Notes: a model not told the origin generated them from the letters alone. 62,893 nt of DNA, filler included, from Octopus bimaculoides (GCF_001194135.2; 4 parts of 3 records of this genome joined end to end with filler, not necessarily neighbours in it), one strand, 5' to 3'; shown: positions 12,271-25,110, counted from the whole stretch's first letter. Program-made: numbers and translations.

Positions 12271-12732
12271 AAAATTATTGGGAGATATTAAAATAAGAAC
12301 ATATGGCAGAATTGGAAGTTTGCCAGACAAATACTTTGCAATATTTAATTACATAGCTTTACATTGAGAGTTCACACACTGCAGGGAATAATTTTTATCT
12401 TTCATTCAGTCATGGTTAATTAAAAAAAGGAAAAAGAAAAGCAAGAAAATTATGAGATTTTTGTCTATAAATTTATGGTCCTATGTCCTTATATGAAATC
12501 ATGAAACATTGAGGGGTTTTTATTTAAAATACCTGTAGTCATACAAAGATTGGCCTTGTTTCTAGTGAAACAAATCAAAATTATGTATTGCTATTTTTCT
12601 TAGAATTTCTTTTACTTTTTCATTTAATAACATTTTGCATTTTTTGTCATTTTGTTTTGTTTAATTTTCTCCCTCTCTCCCTCTCTTTCTCTCTCTCTGT
12701 GTCATTTCTGAAATGTGTCTTCTATTGAATAG

Positions 12733-12851
12733 ATATGAATCAGGGGATCATGTTGCTGTCTATCCAACCAATAATCCAGAACTTGTTTCAAAGATTGGTG
12801 AACTTCTGAAAACCAATCTTGATACTATCATTACTTTAACAAATGTGGAAG
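12733..12851 (+). CDS. POR: NADPH-cytochrome P450 reductase, first visible exon (119 nt; (R)YESGDHVAVYPTNNPELVSKIGELLKTNLDTIITLTNVE)
   Basis: AG at 12731-12732, GT at 12852; motif matches POR YESGDHVAVYP; too short for the ORF track; starts in phase 2, so an upstream exon is required. Confidence 0.93.
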
Positions 12852-13403
12852 GTAAACTCTTCTAATATATATATTAAATTTTAATTCCATTATTAAAAAG
12901 AATGTTTTATAAATATATGTTAGGGGTATTGGAAAGTAATGTTGTATTTTCAAGCAAATTGTCTGACCTCATACCACAAGAGGATATATCTCAAAGTATC
13001 AGGGACATATGCAAAATCATCTCGAGCAGATTAAAAAATTGTCTAGAGAAGGAAAGTGGTTACTTCATGAGCTGTCCCCTGAGAGTCAAGGCTACATTCA
13101 GTCAAGATAACCTAAGAAAAGATAAATTCATTAGGCTAGGAAGCTCTGCCTCATCCTCCCTATTCTTCAAACCTAGTACCATCAGATTCTCGCTTATTCA
13201 GATCACTCAAACACTTTACCAGTGGAAAAACATTCCAAAGTAGGGATAACATTGAAATAGCACTCCAAACATTTTTCTCGTTTAAAGAACCTGATTTTTG
13301 TGTTTGAGGAATCAGAAAACTGGTTTCAAGGTAGGAAAATGTTATTGCTGATGATGGTGATTATATTTTTGAATGGGTAAATATATTCATGTTTTATGCT
13401 GGA

Positions 13404-13700
13404 ATCATCATCATCATCGTTTAACGTCCGCTTTCCATGCTAGCATGGGTTGGACGATTTGACTGAGGACTGGTGAAACCAGATGGCTACACCAGGCTCC
13501 AATCTGATTTGGCAGAGTTTCTACAACTGGATGCCCTTCCTAACGCCAACCACTCCGAGAGTGTAGTGGATGCTTTTACGTGCCACTGGCACGAAGGCCA
13601 GTCAGGCGGTACTGGCAACGGCCACGCTCAAAATGGTGTATTTTACGTGCCACCTGCACAGGAGCCAGTCCAGCGGCACTGGCAACGATCTTGTTCGAAT
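13404..13700 (-). mobile_element. RTE-tailed short element (family C) with (GAT)n tail
   Basis: Reverse complement of GGTTGGCGTTAGGAAGGGCATCCAG...CCAACCCATGCTAGCATGGAAAGCGGACGTTAAACGATGATGAT; other copies at 17001, 18751, 20301, 26571 and 27832. Confidence 0.75.
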
Positions 13701-14297
13701 GTCTTTACACATTCCAGGAAGGCGATGCTGGGCACAGGTGCCATCACGATAAATATATTCAGTTTTTTAATGCTGATTTGAACTCATTATATGAAATAGA
13801 ATATTACTTATTGGTACCACAATTACCTGTAAGTTGATGGAAGATTTCATACTAGAATTTATGTTGATCATAACGCTATTTTTTGTTTTTTGTACTAAAT
13901 ACATTGCTGATAGTTTAGAGAAAATACTTTTATTTCATTGAATCATTTCAAGAACAAATTAAATTATCAGTGCAACAAGATTGCTCTTGGTCTTGACAGC
14001 AAAGATTTGAATTTTAATGAGTATCAGTTAACTTCTCAACAAGTATCTATTAACTTCTCATATATCAGTGTCACTGATATACATGTAAGGCCATTTTATT
14101 TCTTTTTCTGGTATAAAGAGGATTGATCTGATAGACCTAATCCCTTGTCCTAGTTAAAAGCACCACCTGGCCTCTGTGTATTTTTTGGCAGAGTCCACTC
14201 TCTTGCAAGCTTTCAGGGTTAGGACTTTTGTCTGAGGATAACTTCCTTCCTTCCTGCCTCTATTCTCAACTACCCTGGAAATGGTTGTGGGTGCTGT

Positions 14298-14536
14298 TAT
14301 TTCTTATTTCTTTATTGCCCATAAGGAGCTAAACATAGAGGGGACAAACAAGGACAGACAAAGGGACTAAGTCGATTACATCGACCCCAGTACGTAACTG
14401 GTACTTAATTTATCGACCCCAAAAGGATGAAAGGCAAAGTCGACCTCGGCGGAATTTGAACTCAGAACGTAACAGCAGATGAAATACTGCTAAGCATTTT
14501 GCCCGGCGGGGTAACGTTTCTGCCAGCTCACCGCCT
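14298..14536 (-). mobile_element. SINE family B, near full length, in POR intron
   Basis: Reverse complement shows head, B-box-like motif, central block and AT-rich tail. Confidence 0.8.
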
Positions 14537-14689
14537 CGTGCTGCTATTTCTTCTCATACTGTTATAAACGTGCAAAATCTGATTTTTATAAGTCTTTGTC
14601 CTGATTAATCTTAGTTCCACATTTGGTTTTGAATTTCTATTAATTGCCATTTCTGTACTCCTGATTTTTCTTTCCAATGTTTCTTCCAG

Positions 14690-14871
14690 CTGAGTCCAAC
14701 AAGAAACACCCTTTCCCTTGTCCGACCACCTATCGTATTGCATTGTTACACTATGTTGACATTATGAATCCTGTAAGAACTCATGTCCTCAAAGAACTTG
14801 TGGAATATGCTAAGGACCCCAAAGATAAAGAATTTCTGGAAAAAATAAGTTCAACTACACCTGAAGGAAAG
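14690..14871 (+). CDS. POR: POR exon (182 nt; AESNKKHPFPCPTTYRIALLHYVDIMNPVRTHVLKELVEYAKDPKDKEFLEKISSTTPEGK)
   Basis: AG at 14688-14689, GT at 14872; SNKKHPFPCPT is diagnostic of animal POR; frame continuous with neighbouring exons. Confidence 0.96.
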
Positions 14872-15310
14872 GTATGGTTTTGTAATGTGATTTAATTCTC
14901 TGATTTGCATCTGTTTATAAGTTCTTAGAGAGAATAAGTGTCTGGTGAGCCATGTCTGCAATTCTGAATCAATTTCTTTTATGGTTATTTCATTTTATTT
15001 CTTACATCACTCCTGCTGTATGTGAAAGTTATGACTTCTGAAGTTCTCATTTTCTTCCTAAAACAAAGCTCGTGCTTACTTGGACAAGAAAACTATTTAG
15101 TGCTCCAATTAAATTTAACAACGAGAAACAATCCATTAATGATACTAAATCCATGGTAATATTTTCATGTTAATCTCTTTAGATTGGCAATTACTTTAAT
15201 TGTTATGAAATCTCCGAGAATTGTTTCAAGGAATAACAGCAAAAACAATTATGTATGCATAAATATATATCTATATATGCACATGTATGCACATACACAT
15301 ATGCACATGC

Positions 15311-15365
<55 letters not shown>

Positions 15366-15681
15366 TGTATGTGTCTATCTTCTGTAATATATGCACATAC
15401 ATGTGCATGACTCTTCTATACAGTTTCCTTCTTTTGAATTGCACTCTCAATCATTGGTCAACTTGAGGCTGTAGTAGACATCTCCTCTATGTGTCATGTA
15501 GTAGGATTGAACTTGGAATCATAGAGTTAATAGTTATGAAATAATCTTTTCTTTCACTCCGCCATAATTGCACATTTTATTTTCTTAATTTCTTTGTTCT
15601 GAGTTTAAATTCATCTGATGTATCATGATGATTTATTTTCTTGATTCTATATCTACCTTTGTGATATTTACTTTATTTCAG

Positions 15682-15831
15682 CAATTATACAGTGAATGGG
15701 TAATAAAAGATCATCGAAATATTATTGCTATTTTGGAAGACCTGTCCTCAGTCAAACCACCCCTTGACCATCTTTGTGAGTTGTTACCTCGTCTGCAAGC
15801 TCGTTACTATTCCATTTCATCATCTCCTAAA
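15682..15831 (+). CDS. POR: POR exon (150 nt; QLYSEWVIKDHRNIIAILEDLSSVKPPLDHLCELLPRLQARYYSISSSPK)
   Basis: AG/GT boundaries; FAD-binding RYYSISS motif with the catalytic Ser. Confidence 0.97.
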
Positions 15832-17000
15832 GTAAGTAATTTTGTTTCCCAATTACAGTTGTTTAAGTCATTATCATTAGTTATGCTAGATTTAGTAAAT
15901 TAATGGCAATTAATTACTATTTCCTGTTGATATACATTGGTTGGTACATATACTTTGTACATTGTAGTAACATACAAATCTTTTATCATCATCATTTATC
16001 TGCTTTTACCTTCTGGCATGGGTTTGATAGGTCTCAAAACTTCTCACAACTCGCCATGATCTTCCATCCTTATATTGTCTTTGTCTGTTCCTTTTTGGCC
16101 TTGTTTTTACAGTGTGTGTCTTTTCTAACACAAACCACTTTGCTTAGAGTGCTTCTTAGGAAGGTTGCCATCTTTGAGAAGCCTCATCTCTATAAGGTGT
16201 TAAGTGGAAGAGGAAGAGGCACTGAGAATGTAGTTGCCTATGCAATATAGGAAAAAGTGGAGAACCTTTGCTTCCTATTTAAGGGTTGGTGGTTTGATGT
16301 GACATAAACGTTGTTTTAGTCATGTACATGTGTAGAGTTATGAGAGAGACAGATAGAGAGAGAAAAAGATGGGGATGGAGTTTACTCATTTATTTTGGGG
16401 AGTGGAAAACGAGGCCCTTCTTTGTGTAGGGAGAGAGGAATGTTTAGCTGACAGTCACTCTTCATGATGGGGTTTGGCAAGTGGGGTACCATAATGTCTT
16501 GGGACTGCATACATTGAATATTTTCATCACTAATGTCGAAATGTTGCACTCAGTACTTTATATGAAATAGTCTGCTATAGCTATTATAAGATATCACACA
16601 CTGTGTTAACTTACCCGTTGTGCCACAGTATGGCTGCTGTCACATGGTAACCTATTTATGAATTGATAGTCTATAGGCTATTGTGAGTTAAGTATGTATG
16701 CCATAAGAGGAGGAAGATATTGACATTTCAAAATTGACCATCCATATGATGAAAAGTCAGTTTCCTCTTCTCAACACAACGTACAAACTTATCCAAATGT
16801 GTAATTTTTACTGCTGATAAATCGACCATCAATTCCCCTAGGTTCTGGTTTTATAATTATTTTGAATTAAGCATCTTTACCAGAAACACATCACATTGTT
16901 GGATATGAATCTTTCATCAACTCTTCATGCTAAAAATTTGGATGGATTTGAACTAAGAAGATAAATGTCATAACTAAATACTGCAAGGCATTTTGTCGGG

Positions 17001-17486
17001 CCAGTGCTGGTGATGTGTAAAAGGTAGCTGTGCCAGTGACGTGTAAAAGGCACCCGTGCTGGTGTTGTGTGAAAGGTACCCGTGCTGGTGTCGTGTAAAA
17101 GGCATCCGTGCTGGTGTCGTGTAAGAGGCACCTGTGCCGGTGTCGTGTAAGAGGCACCCGTGTCGGTGTTGTGTAAGAGGCACCCAGCACGGGTGCTGGT
17201 GATGCATAAAAAGTGTTGATGATGCATGGAAGACACCTGTGCTGGTGATGTGTGGAAGGTACCCATGCTGGTGACACAGGAAAGTGGTGACATATAAAAG
17301 ATATCTGTGCCAGTGGCGCGTGGAAGGTACTACAATCTGTGGAGTGGTTGGTGTGAGGAAGGACATCCAGCTGTAGATATCAAGCCAAAACAGGTTGGAG
17401 CCTTGTACAGCTCTCCAGCTTACCAGTTCCAGTCAAACTGTGTAACCCATGCCAGCATAGAAAATGGATGCTAAATGATGATGATG
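17001..17486 (+). mobile_element. Family C element with an internal 26-bp minisatellite expansion
   Basis: Roughly ten GTGTAAAAGGCACCCGTGCTGGTGTC-like units (17001-17330), then the family C tail ending ATGATGATG. Confidence 0.75.
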
Positions 17487-18022
17487 TTATATCAATGCTT
17501 CCTCTTAATCCCATTTGTTCAATGATTCTACTAATACTCTCTCCTGAACATTACTATTATGTGTATAATATATTTTAAATTGTTAGCAACATATGGTAAA
17601 AGGCAATCCAACCATGACCAAGACTACATTCTCCAATGTGTCTCCCGTTTTTCAAAGTTGAATTTGAGAGAAATTTGACTACTATTTTCTGTAGTTTCAG
17701 CAGTCACTGAAAAGCTTTCTCGCTGGTTTTAAAATGCCAATAATAGAGATGATGACTTCATCACTTGACCTTTGCACACCTTTAGCAGAATCCACTTCAT
17801 ATGTATTTAAAGCAGGTCTCTGGGTTGTGGGTAAATTCTCTACTTATCGGTCACAGAAACTCTGGAAAGGATCAAGAACATTGCTGCTCCTCTTTTCATT
17901 AAACTGTTAAAAAGCACACACACAAAAAAACAAAAAGACACTGCATTATTTAACTTCAAAACCTTCATTATTTATTTGTATTACATTATTATTATTTATT
18001 ATAATTGTGATTGTGTCTTCAG

Positions 18023-18287
18023 GTCCATCCAGACAGGATTCATATTACTGCTATTCTCATTGATTATGTTACAAGAGCTGGTCGAAAAATACAGGGTGTC
18101 ACCACTGGGTTCCTTAGTCTGAAGAAAGCATCCAATGGCGATTGTCCTCGAGTGCCAATCTATGTACGCAAATCACAGTTTCATTTACCATTTAAACCTT
18201 CCACAGATATTCTTATGATTGGTCCTGGTACAGGTGTGGCACCATTTAGAGCTTTCATTCAAGAACGAGATTTCCTCAAAAGTCAAG
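18023..18287 (+). CDS. POR: POR exon (265 nt; VHPDRIHITAIL...RKSQFHLPFKPSTDILMIGPGTGVAPFRAFIQERDFLKSQ)
   Basis: AG at 18021-18022, GT at 18288; GPGTGVAPF NADPH-binding motif. Confidence 0.97.
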
Positions 18288-18810
18288 GTATGTTTTCCCC
18301 TTTCACATTTAGCTTTGGAATATTTATTAAATACATACCAAATACTACAACAATGCTACATGTTACATTGGTTAGCATCATCTTTCTGTTGTTTTTTTCT
18401 TTTCTGTTTAATGTTTGTTTCATTCTAAGTTTTGATTAGCTTCTTTGGACTAACTTTTCACTGCCCTTTCTAAAATGGTTTGCAATAACATATATCATAC
18501 TGAAGTCTGTTCTGGGTTTATTTTGCTTGTGAACCTTGTCTAGTAACAAATTTAAGAGAAAGTTTTCCCACTACCATCAGGATCATCCCAAAACTAGATG
18601 CCTCCATTCTGTGGAGATACTATTCATTATCAATATATATATAAATATANNNNNNNNNNNNNNNNNNNNNNNNNNNNNNNNNNNNNNNNNNNNNNNNNNN
18701 NNNNNNNNNNNNNNNNNNNNNNNNNNNNNNNNNNNNNNNNNNNNNNNNNTCGTCCAACCCATGCTAGCCTGGAAAGCGGATATTAAACGATGATGATGAT
18801 GATGATGATA

Positions 18811-19072
18811 TATGTTTATAGATATGTGGACACGAACACACCAACATCGGTTGTCAAGCGATGGTGGGGGGACAAACACTGACAAAAAAACATACACACA
18901 TACATACGAATGGGCTTTTTTCAGTTTCCGTCTACCAAGTCCACTCACTAGGCTTTGGTTGTCCTGAACTTATAATTGAAGAAACTTGCCCAAGGTGCCA
19001 CGCAGTGGGACTGAACCTGGAACCATGTAGTTGGTAAGTAAGCTCCTTAACACACAACCACTCCTGCGCCTG
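18811..19072 (-). mobile_element. SINE family A in POR intron, tail-to-tail with a family C 3' end (18751-18810)
   Basis: Reverse complement gives GCGCAGGAGTGGTTGTGT head and GTGGCACCTTGGGCAAG (CORE-like) block. Confidence 0.75.
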
Positions 19073-19101
19073 TTTATATATACATGTATATATATATATA
19101 T

Positions 19102-19133
<32 letters not shown>

Positions 19134-21619
19134 ATNNNNNNNNNNNNNNNNNNNNNNNNNNNNNNNNNNNNNNNNNNNNNNNNNNNNNNNNATATATATG
19201 TGTGTATATATCTATATATATATGTGTGTGTATATATCTATAAATATATGTGTGTGTGTATATCTATAAATATATGTGTGTGCATATATATATGTTTATA
19301 TATGTGTATATACATATAAATATATATGCATATATATATATATTTTTATATACGTAGGTACTGTAAATTTTAGTGGTAGTACTTGATAAGTGTAAGCACC
19401 TGTATATGCCAGATAGTGGCAGAGNNNNNNNNNNATATATATATATATATATATATATGAACATATATGTATATATATGTGTTTATGTATATATATATAT
19501 GTGTTTATGTATATATATATGTGTGTATATATCTATATATATATGTGTGTGTATATATCTATAAATATATGTGTGTGTGTATATCTATAAATATATGTGT
19601 GTGCATATATATATGTTTATATATGTGTATATACATATAAATATATATGCATATATATATATATTTTTATATACGTAGGTACTGTAAATTTTAGTGGTAG
19701 TACTTGATAAGTGTAAGCACCTGTATATGCCAGATAGTGGCAGAGGTGAAAGAATATATTAAACATAAATTGAAAACATAACACAAAGGATATTGTGGTA
19801 ACACGTGTTTCGAGCTTTATACACAATCTGTCATTGCATCAGTATATATTTTTGATATTAAGGATGGTGTAAAGCTGTCTTCAGCCACAAACATTTTCAG
19901 TCCTAGGATTACATCACAAAAAGAAAAAGAGAAAGAAAAAGCATATGCTGAATTGTTGTATATTATGGACAGATTTCTGAAATGCAGTGAATATTTATGC
20001 AGATATAACAGTTTAAAGGATAAACCTATTATAATGGATAATACTAAGTGGACTTTTCCTTTTTCTCTCCCTTTTTCTTTTTTTTTTGGTGATGTAATCT
20101 TGGGACTGAAAGTGTTTGCGGTTGAAGATAGCTTTGAACCATCCTTTATATCAATATATACTGATGTAGTGACAGTTTGTGTATGAGGCTTGAAACACGT
20201 GTACCGCGATATCCTTTGTGTTCTGTTTTCAATTTACGTTTAATATATATATATGTTTATATATGAATATATACATGTATGTGTATATATATATACACTC
20301 TCTGAGTGGTTGGCGTTAGGAAGGGCATCCAGCTGTAGAAACTCTGCCAAATTTAGATTGGAGCCTGGTGTTGCCATCCGGTTTCACCAGTCCTCAGTCA
20401 AGGCTATTGTTTGTTTATGAATTCTACCAAATGCGAGCTTTATAATACATGTGTGTGTTTCTTTTTGCTTCTTCCTGTTGCCACAATTTGACAGCTGGTG
20501 TTCGTTTGTTTCTTTGTTTATATCCCTATAGCTTATGGGTTTGGCAAAGGAAAGCAATAAAATATGTACCAGACTTTAAAGTATGTACTAGAGTTGATGT
20601 GTTCAACTAAAACCTTCCAGGTGGTACTCAAGCAAGACTGCAGTCCAGTTGGACTGCTGTCATCACCTCTGTGGGACCCAACATTTGAAGATCATGCTTC
20701 ACCACCTTGTCCCATGTCTTCCTGGTCTACCTCTTCCATAGGTTCCCTCCACAGAGATCAGCACTTCATTACATAGCTGTCCTCGTCCATATACATCACA
20801 TGTTTGCCTGAGTTAGGGTCTGGAAATTTAGTGGTGATAACAGAAATAAATGGATTAACTTGAAGTTTGTTAATCAGCTAAATCAAAATGCAAGCATGAG
20901 GCAATCCCCCCACTTTTTGTTTTGTTTTTGCCATTCAATAGTGTGCATGTGGCATGTTACTTACCCCCAAATTTTGATTTTTGTTATTATATTCACCGGT
21001 TTTAATAATTTAAGTGAAAGATGCTTGGTGTGACATTATGTCTGTGAATGAACATTTGTGTAGATAGTAGCTCATTCTGAATTTCCTTCCATTTAGCATT
21101 GCATACAAATGTGATAAATTTAGTTTAGGTTTTTCATGCAAGTAATGTGGACTGTCTCCATGTTTTCAATGGCACACACACACATAAGCACAAATACATT
21201 GTATAATTATGTAGTTGTTCACTGCAGTGTTGTATATGTGTGGATGCTAGTAGGTGGTTTGTTTTATGTTGTGATAGGCTATTGTGATTGAAGCTTGTTT
21301 TGTTTAGAACATGAAATCTTTTCTAATACTGTTGCAGTGGTAAAATGTATCCAGTACATTGTGTAAAGTGGTTAGTCTTAGGAAGGGCATGCCATAGAAA
21401 CCATACCAAAACAGAAATGAATGAGTAAGCATCAGTTTCTGGAGCATACCCAGGAGGACAATAACTTTGAATAAGAACCAACTCAAACTGATATATATAT
21501 AATGGTACACACACTCTCTGGGTCTCAAGATATCATCGAAAGGTCTAACGTTAAATAATTTAACTAATTTATGTGATTTTAGAAAATTTATTCTGATGTT
21601 TAATTTTCTGCTTTTCCAG

Positions 21620-21848
21620 ATAAAGTTGTTGGTGATACCATTTTGTATTATGGATGCCGGAACAAAGGTAATGACTTCCTTTATGAAGAAGAACTAAATT
21701 CCTATATTGATCAGAAATCTTTGACCAAACTCTATTTGGCTTTCTCAAGAGACACTGCCAAAAAAGTCTATGTCCAACACCTTTTGATGGACAATCGGGA
21801 AGAAACTTGGAAATTATTGAGTTCAGGTGGACATATATATATCTGTGG
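21620..21848 (+). CDS. POR: POR exon (229 nt; DKVVGDTILYYGCRNKGNDFLYEEEL...LAFSRDTAKKVYVQHLL...GGHIYICG)
   Basis: AG at 21618-21619, GT at 21849; YYGCR, AFSR..K.YVQ (2'-phosphate binding) and ICG motifs. Confidence 0.97.
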
Positions 21849-23227
21849 GTAAGTAAGACTACCAAACATGGAATTTGCTTTGAGTTGTGGAATCTTTGTT
21901 ATAATCTTTGCGGAATCTGGTTTGAGTAGTAGGAAATGAGTTGCTGTCTGGAAATAGAAGTAACTGTATTTTTACTCTTGTTTAATGATGGATAGTGTTG
22001 ATGGTGAAGTTTAATTGTTTATTAGAAGTAGCCAATGGGTTTCTTTATGATTGTATTTTTCTACTGTAGAAGTGGTGAAGTAGAAACATATATTATGGTA
22101 AAAGCATTGCAGATAATTCCTTTCAAAAGGTTGTGGAAGAAATGCCTATACTTTGGCAAGAGCTGTTATAGATTTAGGAATAAGTAAAGAAGTAGATGTT
22201 ATTGCTTAGCTTGTACTGTTGAAGGTGGAATGTTCTTCCTTATTATGGAAGTATCCTCTTGATCATGTTTTCCTAAGGAAGAAAGTTTGGCAAAATTCTT
22301 AACAGATGTAGTAAATGAGTAAAAGCAGAAGTGGTAGGAAGAGAAAAGGGTGCCATTACATCAGTTATTGTTGTGTACATTCAAGTCAGCCTCAGTCTAG
22401 CAGATTTTTGCATGCAGAGAGTGTGCTGAATGACAAGGAGTAACCCATAGATCTATCTTCTCAGTTTGTACTATGTCTCTACCTAACAGATGTCTGAATT
22501 GCACTCACTGACATGCACTGATCAAGGATATTAGGTGCAATATGACAGTCTGGATATAAATGCTCTCTCCACTAATCTATTTCTGAACACTTGTAAATTT
22601 TGGTAGTGGTCACAGCTGCAGTGAACAAATGGACTCATTTGGAGTGCAACAGTTACTGTTTCTCTATGAAGTGTGTATCTCAACACAGTGTTTGGGGCCA
22701 GTGAAGTTATTGATGTCAGAGCTGTTTTTATGTGCGTGTTCTTTATTTGCCTGAGTTGAGTCAGAGAGAAAGTTTTTCTAGGATGTTGTTGTAGTAACTC
22801 TCTGCAGTGTTGTATATGGGTCTAGATATATAGAGAAGTTAAAAGTTTTTCATGTAACTGGAACTGCCTGTGTTGAAGCTTACTGCAGCAACAAACTGTG
22901 CCTTCCTTTTGCATCTTTAGGTGGCCTTTCATATTTTTATGTCTTGTAAGTAGACTGGGTGTGGTTTGTGTACAACCTGTTATGTTCACTGCTTTGTGTC
23001 CTTTGTAGATTATTTTAGTTTACTGTGGAGAGACTGGAGGCTCAAATCTGGCATAATCCATGAAGAATATTATTTGTACATGATTGTTTCTTTTTGTTGG
23101 TTAGATGTGGTACTTGTGATTGCTCAAAGTATGCTTGTGTGTTATTTCCCCTTCTTTACTGTTTCTGTGTTGTGAATGTTGTAAAGAAATACTTTGTAAT
23201 TCTTTGTATTTTTGCTTTCTGTATGTA

Positions 23228-23352
<125 letters not shown>

Positions 23353-23809
23353 ATTAGTGGTATGTTTATAATTGAGTATGTTGATTGGTTGTATTTGGTG
23401 TTCTCTAGTATTGCTGGTAAGAAGCAGGACATTGGATTTGGTCAGTGCTACTTTAAGTCTGTTGTTGGGAAGCCAGGATTTTAAGTGATTTCTTTCAGGC
23501 TGGAATAGTTATATGGCAGTGTCTGGAGAATGGTAGGGGAATGTGAGTATGATACATATGAGACTGCATGTATGTTTTGTGGTGGGTATTGAGGAAGTTG
23601 TGAAGTTATATGTTGAAAAGAGTGGGTGAGAGGACGAATCCTTGTACTCAATTCTGACAATTGCAATTTCTGGAAATGTTCTGTAAGTTTAGTGATTCCT
23701 CTAGGTCTTAATGTTTTAGGTATTTGTGATTTTACAATCAGTTAGATAGAATTGGTGTGGAGTTGCTATGGCTAAAGTAAATGTTATAAATGTTCTCATT
23801 ATTATTATT

Positions 23810-24018
23810 AAGGCAGTGAGCTGGCAGAAGCATTAGCATGTTGGCCAGAATGCTTAGTGGCATTTTGTCTATCTTAAGATTCTGAGTTCGAGGTTGGCTC
23901 TGCATTTCATCCCTTCGGGGTTGATAAAATAAGTACTAATTGAGCACTAAGTTCGATGTATTGTAATTGATTTATCCTCTCTCTCGAAATTGCTGGCCTT
24001 GTGCCAGAATTTGAAACC
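23810..24018 (+). mobile_element. SINE family B in last POR intron
   Basis: AAGGCAGTGAGCTGGCAGAA head and central CATCCCTTCGGGGTTGATAAAATAAGTAC block. Confidence 0.7.
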
Positions 24019-24340
24019 ATTATTAATATTTATAATGCTTTTAAAACTTTTCTCTCTTTCTGACTCTGATTCTTTCTCCATCTCTCTATTTGTTTCTCTT
24101 TTCCATTTCTTATTACCTTTTTCCAAACTATCACATTTTACAATAGCCCTATCAATTTGTGCTTTACATCTTATGAAAGTTGTAGATATAGTAATGTATT
24201 TATAAACAAGAATTTTCTGTATTTTTGCTTTTAAAGTTTCCTCGTCTCAACCTATTGCTATTCTGTCAGCCAGAGTCTGTTCTGATAATTGATATTTGAC
24301 ATAGTAATATTTTGTAACACTTTCCAAATCTGCACTGAGT

Positions 24341-24724
24341 AGGCGCAGGAGTGGCTGTGTGGTAAGAAGCTTGCTTCCCAACCACATGGTTCTGGGTCCG
24401 GTCCCATTGCGTTGCACCTTGGGCGTCTTCTACTATATCTTCAGGCCTACCAAAGCCTTGTGAGTGGATTTGGTAGACGGAAACTGAATTAAGCCCGTTG
24501 AATATATATGTATGTTATTTGTGTCTGTGTTTGCCCCCCCATCATTGCTTGACAACCGATGTTGGTGTGTTTACATCCCCATCACCTAGCAGTTTGGCAA
24601 AAAGACACCGATAGATAAAAGACTAGGCTTACAAAGAATAAGTCCTGGGGGGTCGATTTGTTCAGCTAAAGGTGGTGCTCCAGCATGGCCGCAGTCAAAT
24701 GACTGAAACATATAAAAGAATAAA
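24341..24724 (+). mobile_element. Full-length SINE family A (tRNA head, CORE-like block, short internal TA/TG tract, tail)
   Basis: A-box-like GTGGCTGTGTGG, GCACCTTGGGC block, tail CCAGCATGGCCGCAGTCAAATGACTGAAAC; colinear with 30118-30513 and 47560-47963. Confidence 0.85.
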
Positions 24725-24839
24725 ATGTCAGTTTATTGACAGCATTTATGTAGTCAATCTATTATTTCTAGTTAATACAGAAGGAACAAGTCAATCTAAG
24801 CAAGATTTGAATGAAAGCACATTTGGCTTCTGACAAAGA

Positions 24840-25045
24840 TTAACCCTTTAGCATTTAAACTGTCCATATTGGCCAAAATATTCTACCCATTTATGTCTAA
24901 ACTGGCTAAATCTGACTTCTCACACCTAATCTACATTGTCAGTCTGAAAAATAAACAATGACATCATTGAAATCTCAAGGCTACAAGATAATGCAGGATG
25001 AATTCAAAATCTTGTTAATAAATAAATGTTACAATTGACTGAGTA
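24840..25045. mobile_element. Possible piggyBac-like MITE remnant near the last POR acceptor
   Basis: Left end TTAA-CCCTTTAGCATT; no matching right end found. Confidence 0.3.
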
Positions 25046-25110
25046 ACCTGAAATATAATTTTCTTTTTCCCTTGTTTTACTTACTGAAAAACATTGTCTT
25101 TGTATTTCAG

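Noticed and set aside
17001-17330. CRISPR-like array of 26-bp repeats
   Set aside because: Units are contiguous and degenerate with no unique spacers, no cas genes, and the context is eukaryotic
18288-18439. ORF-track extension of the 18011-18439 frame beyond the exon
   Set aside because: POR similarity stops at the GT donor at 18288; the remainder is intron read-through
19191-19745. Exact duplication of about 235 bp (19191-19424 and about 19512-19745) in a POR intron
   Set aside because: The copies are identical and separated by a 10-N gap, typical of unmerged overlapping contig ends
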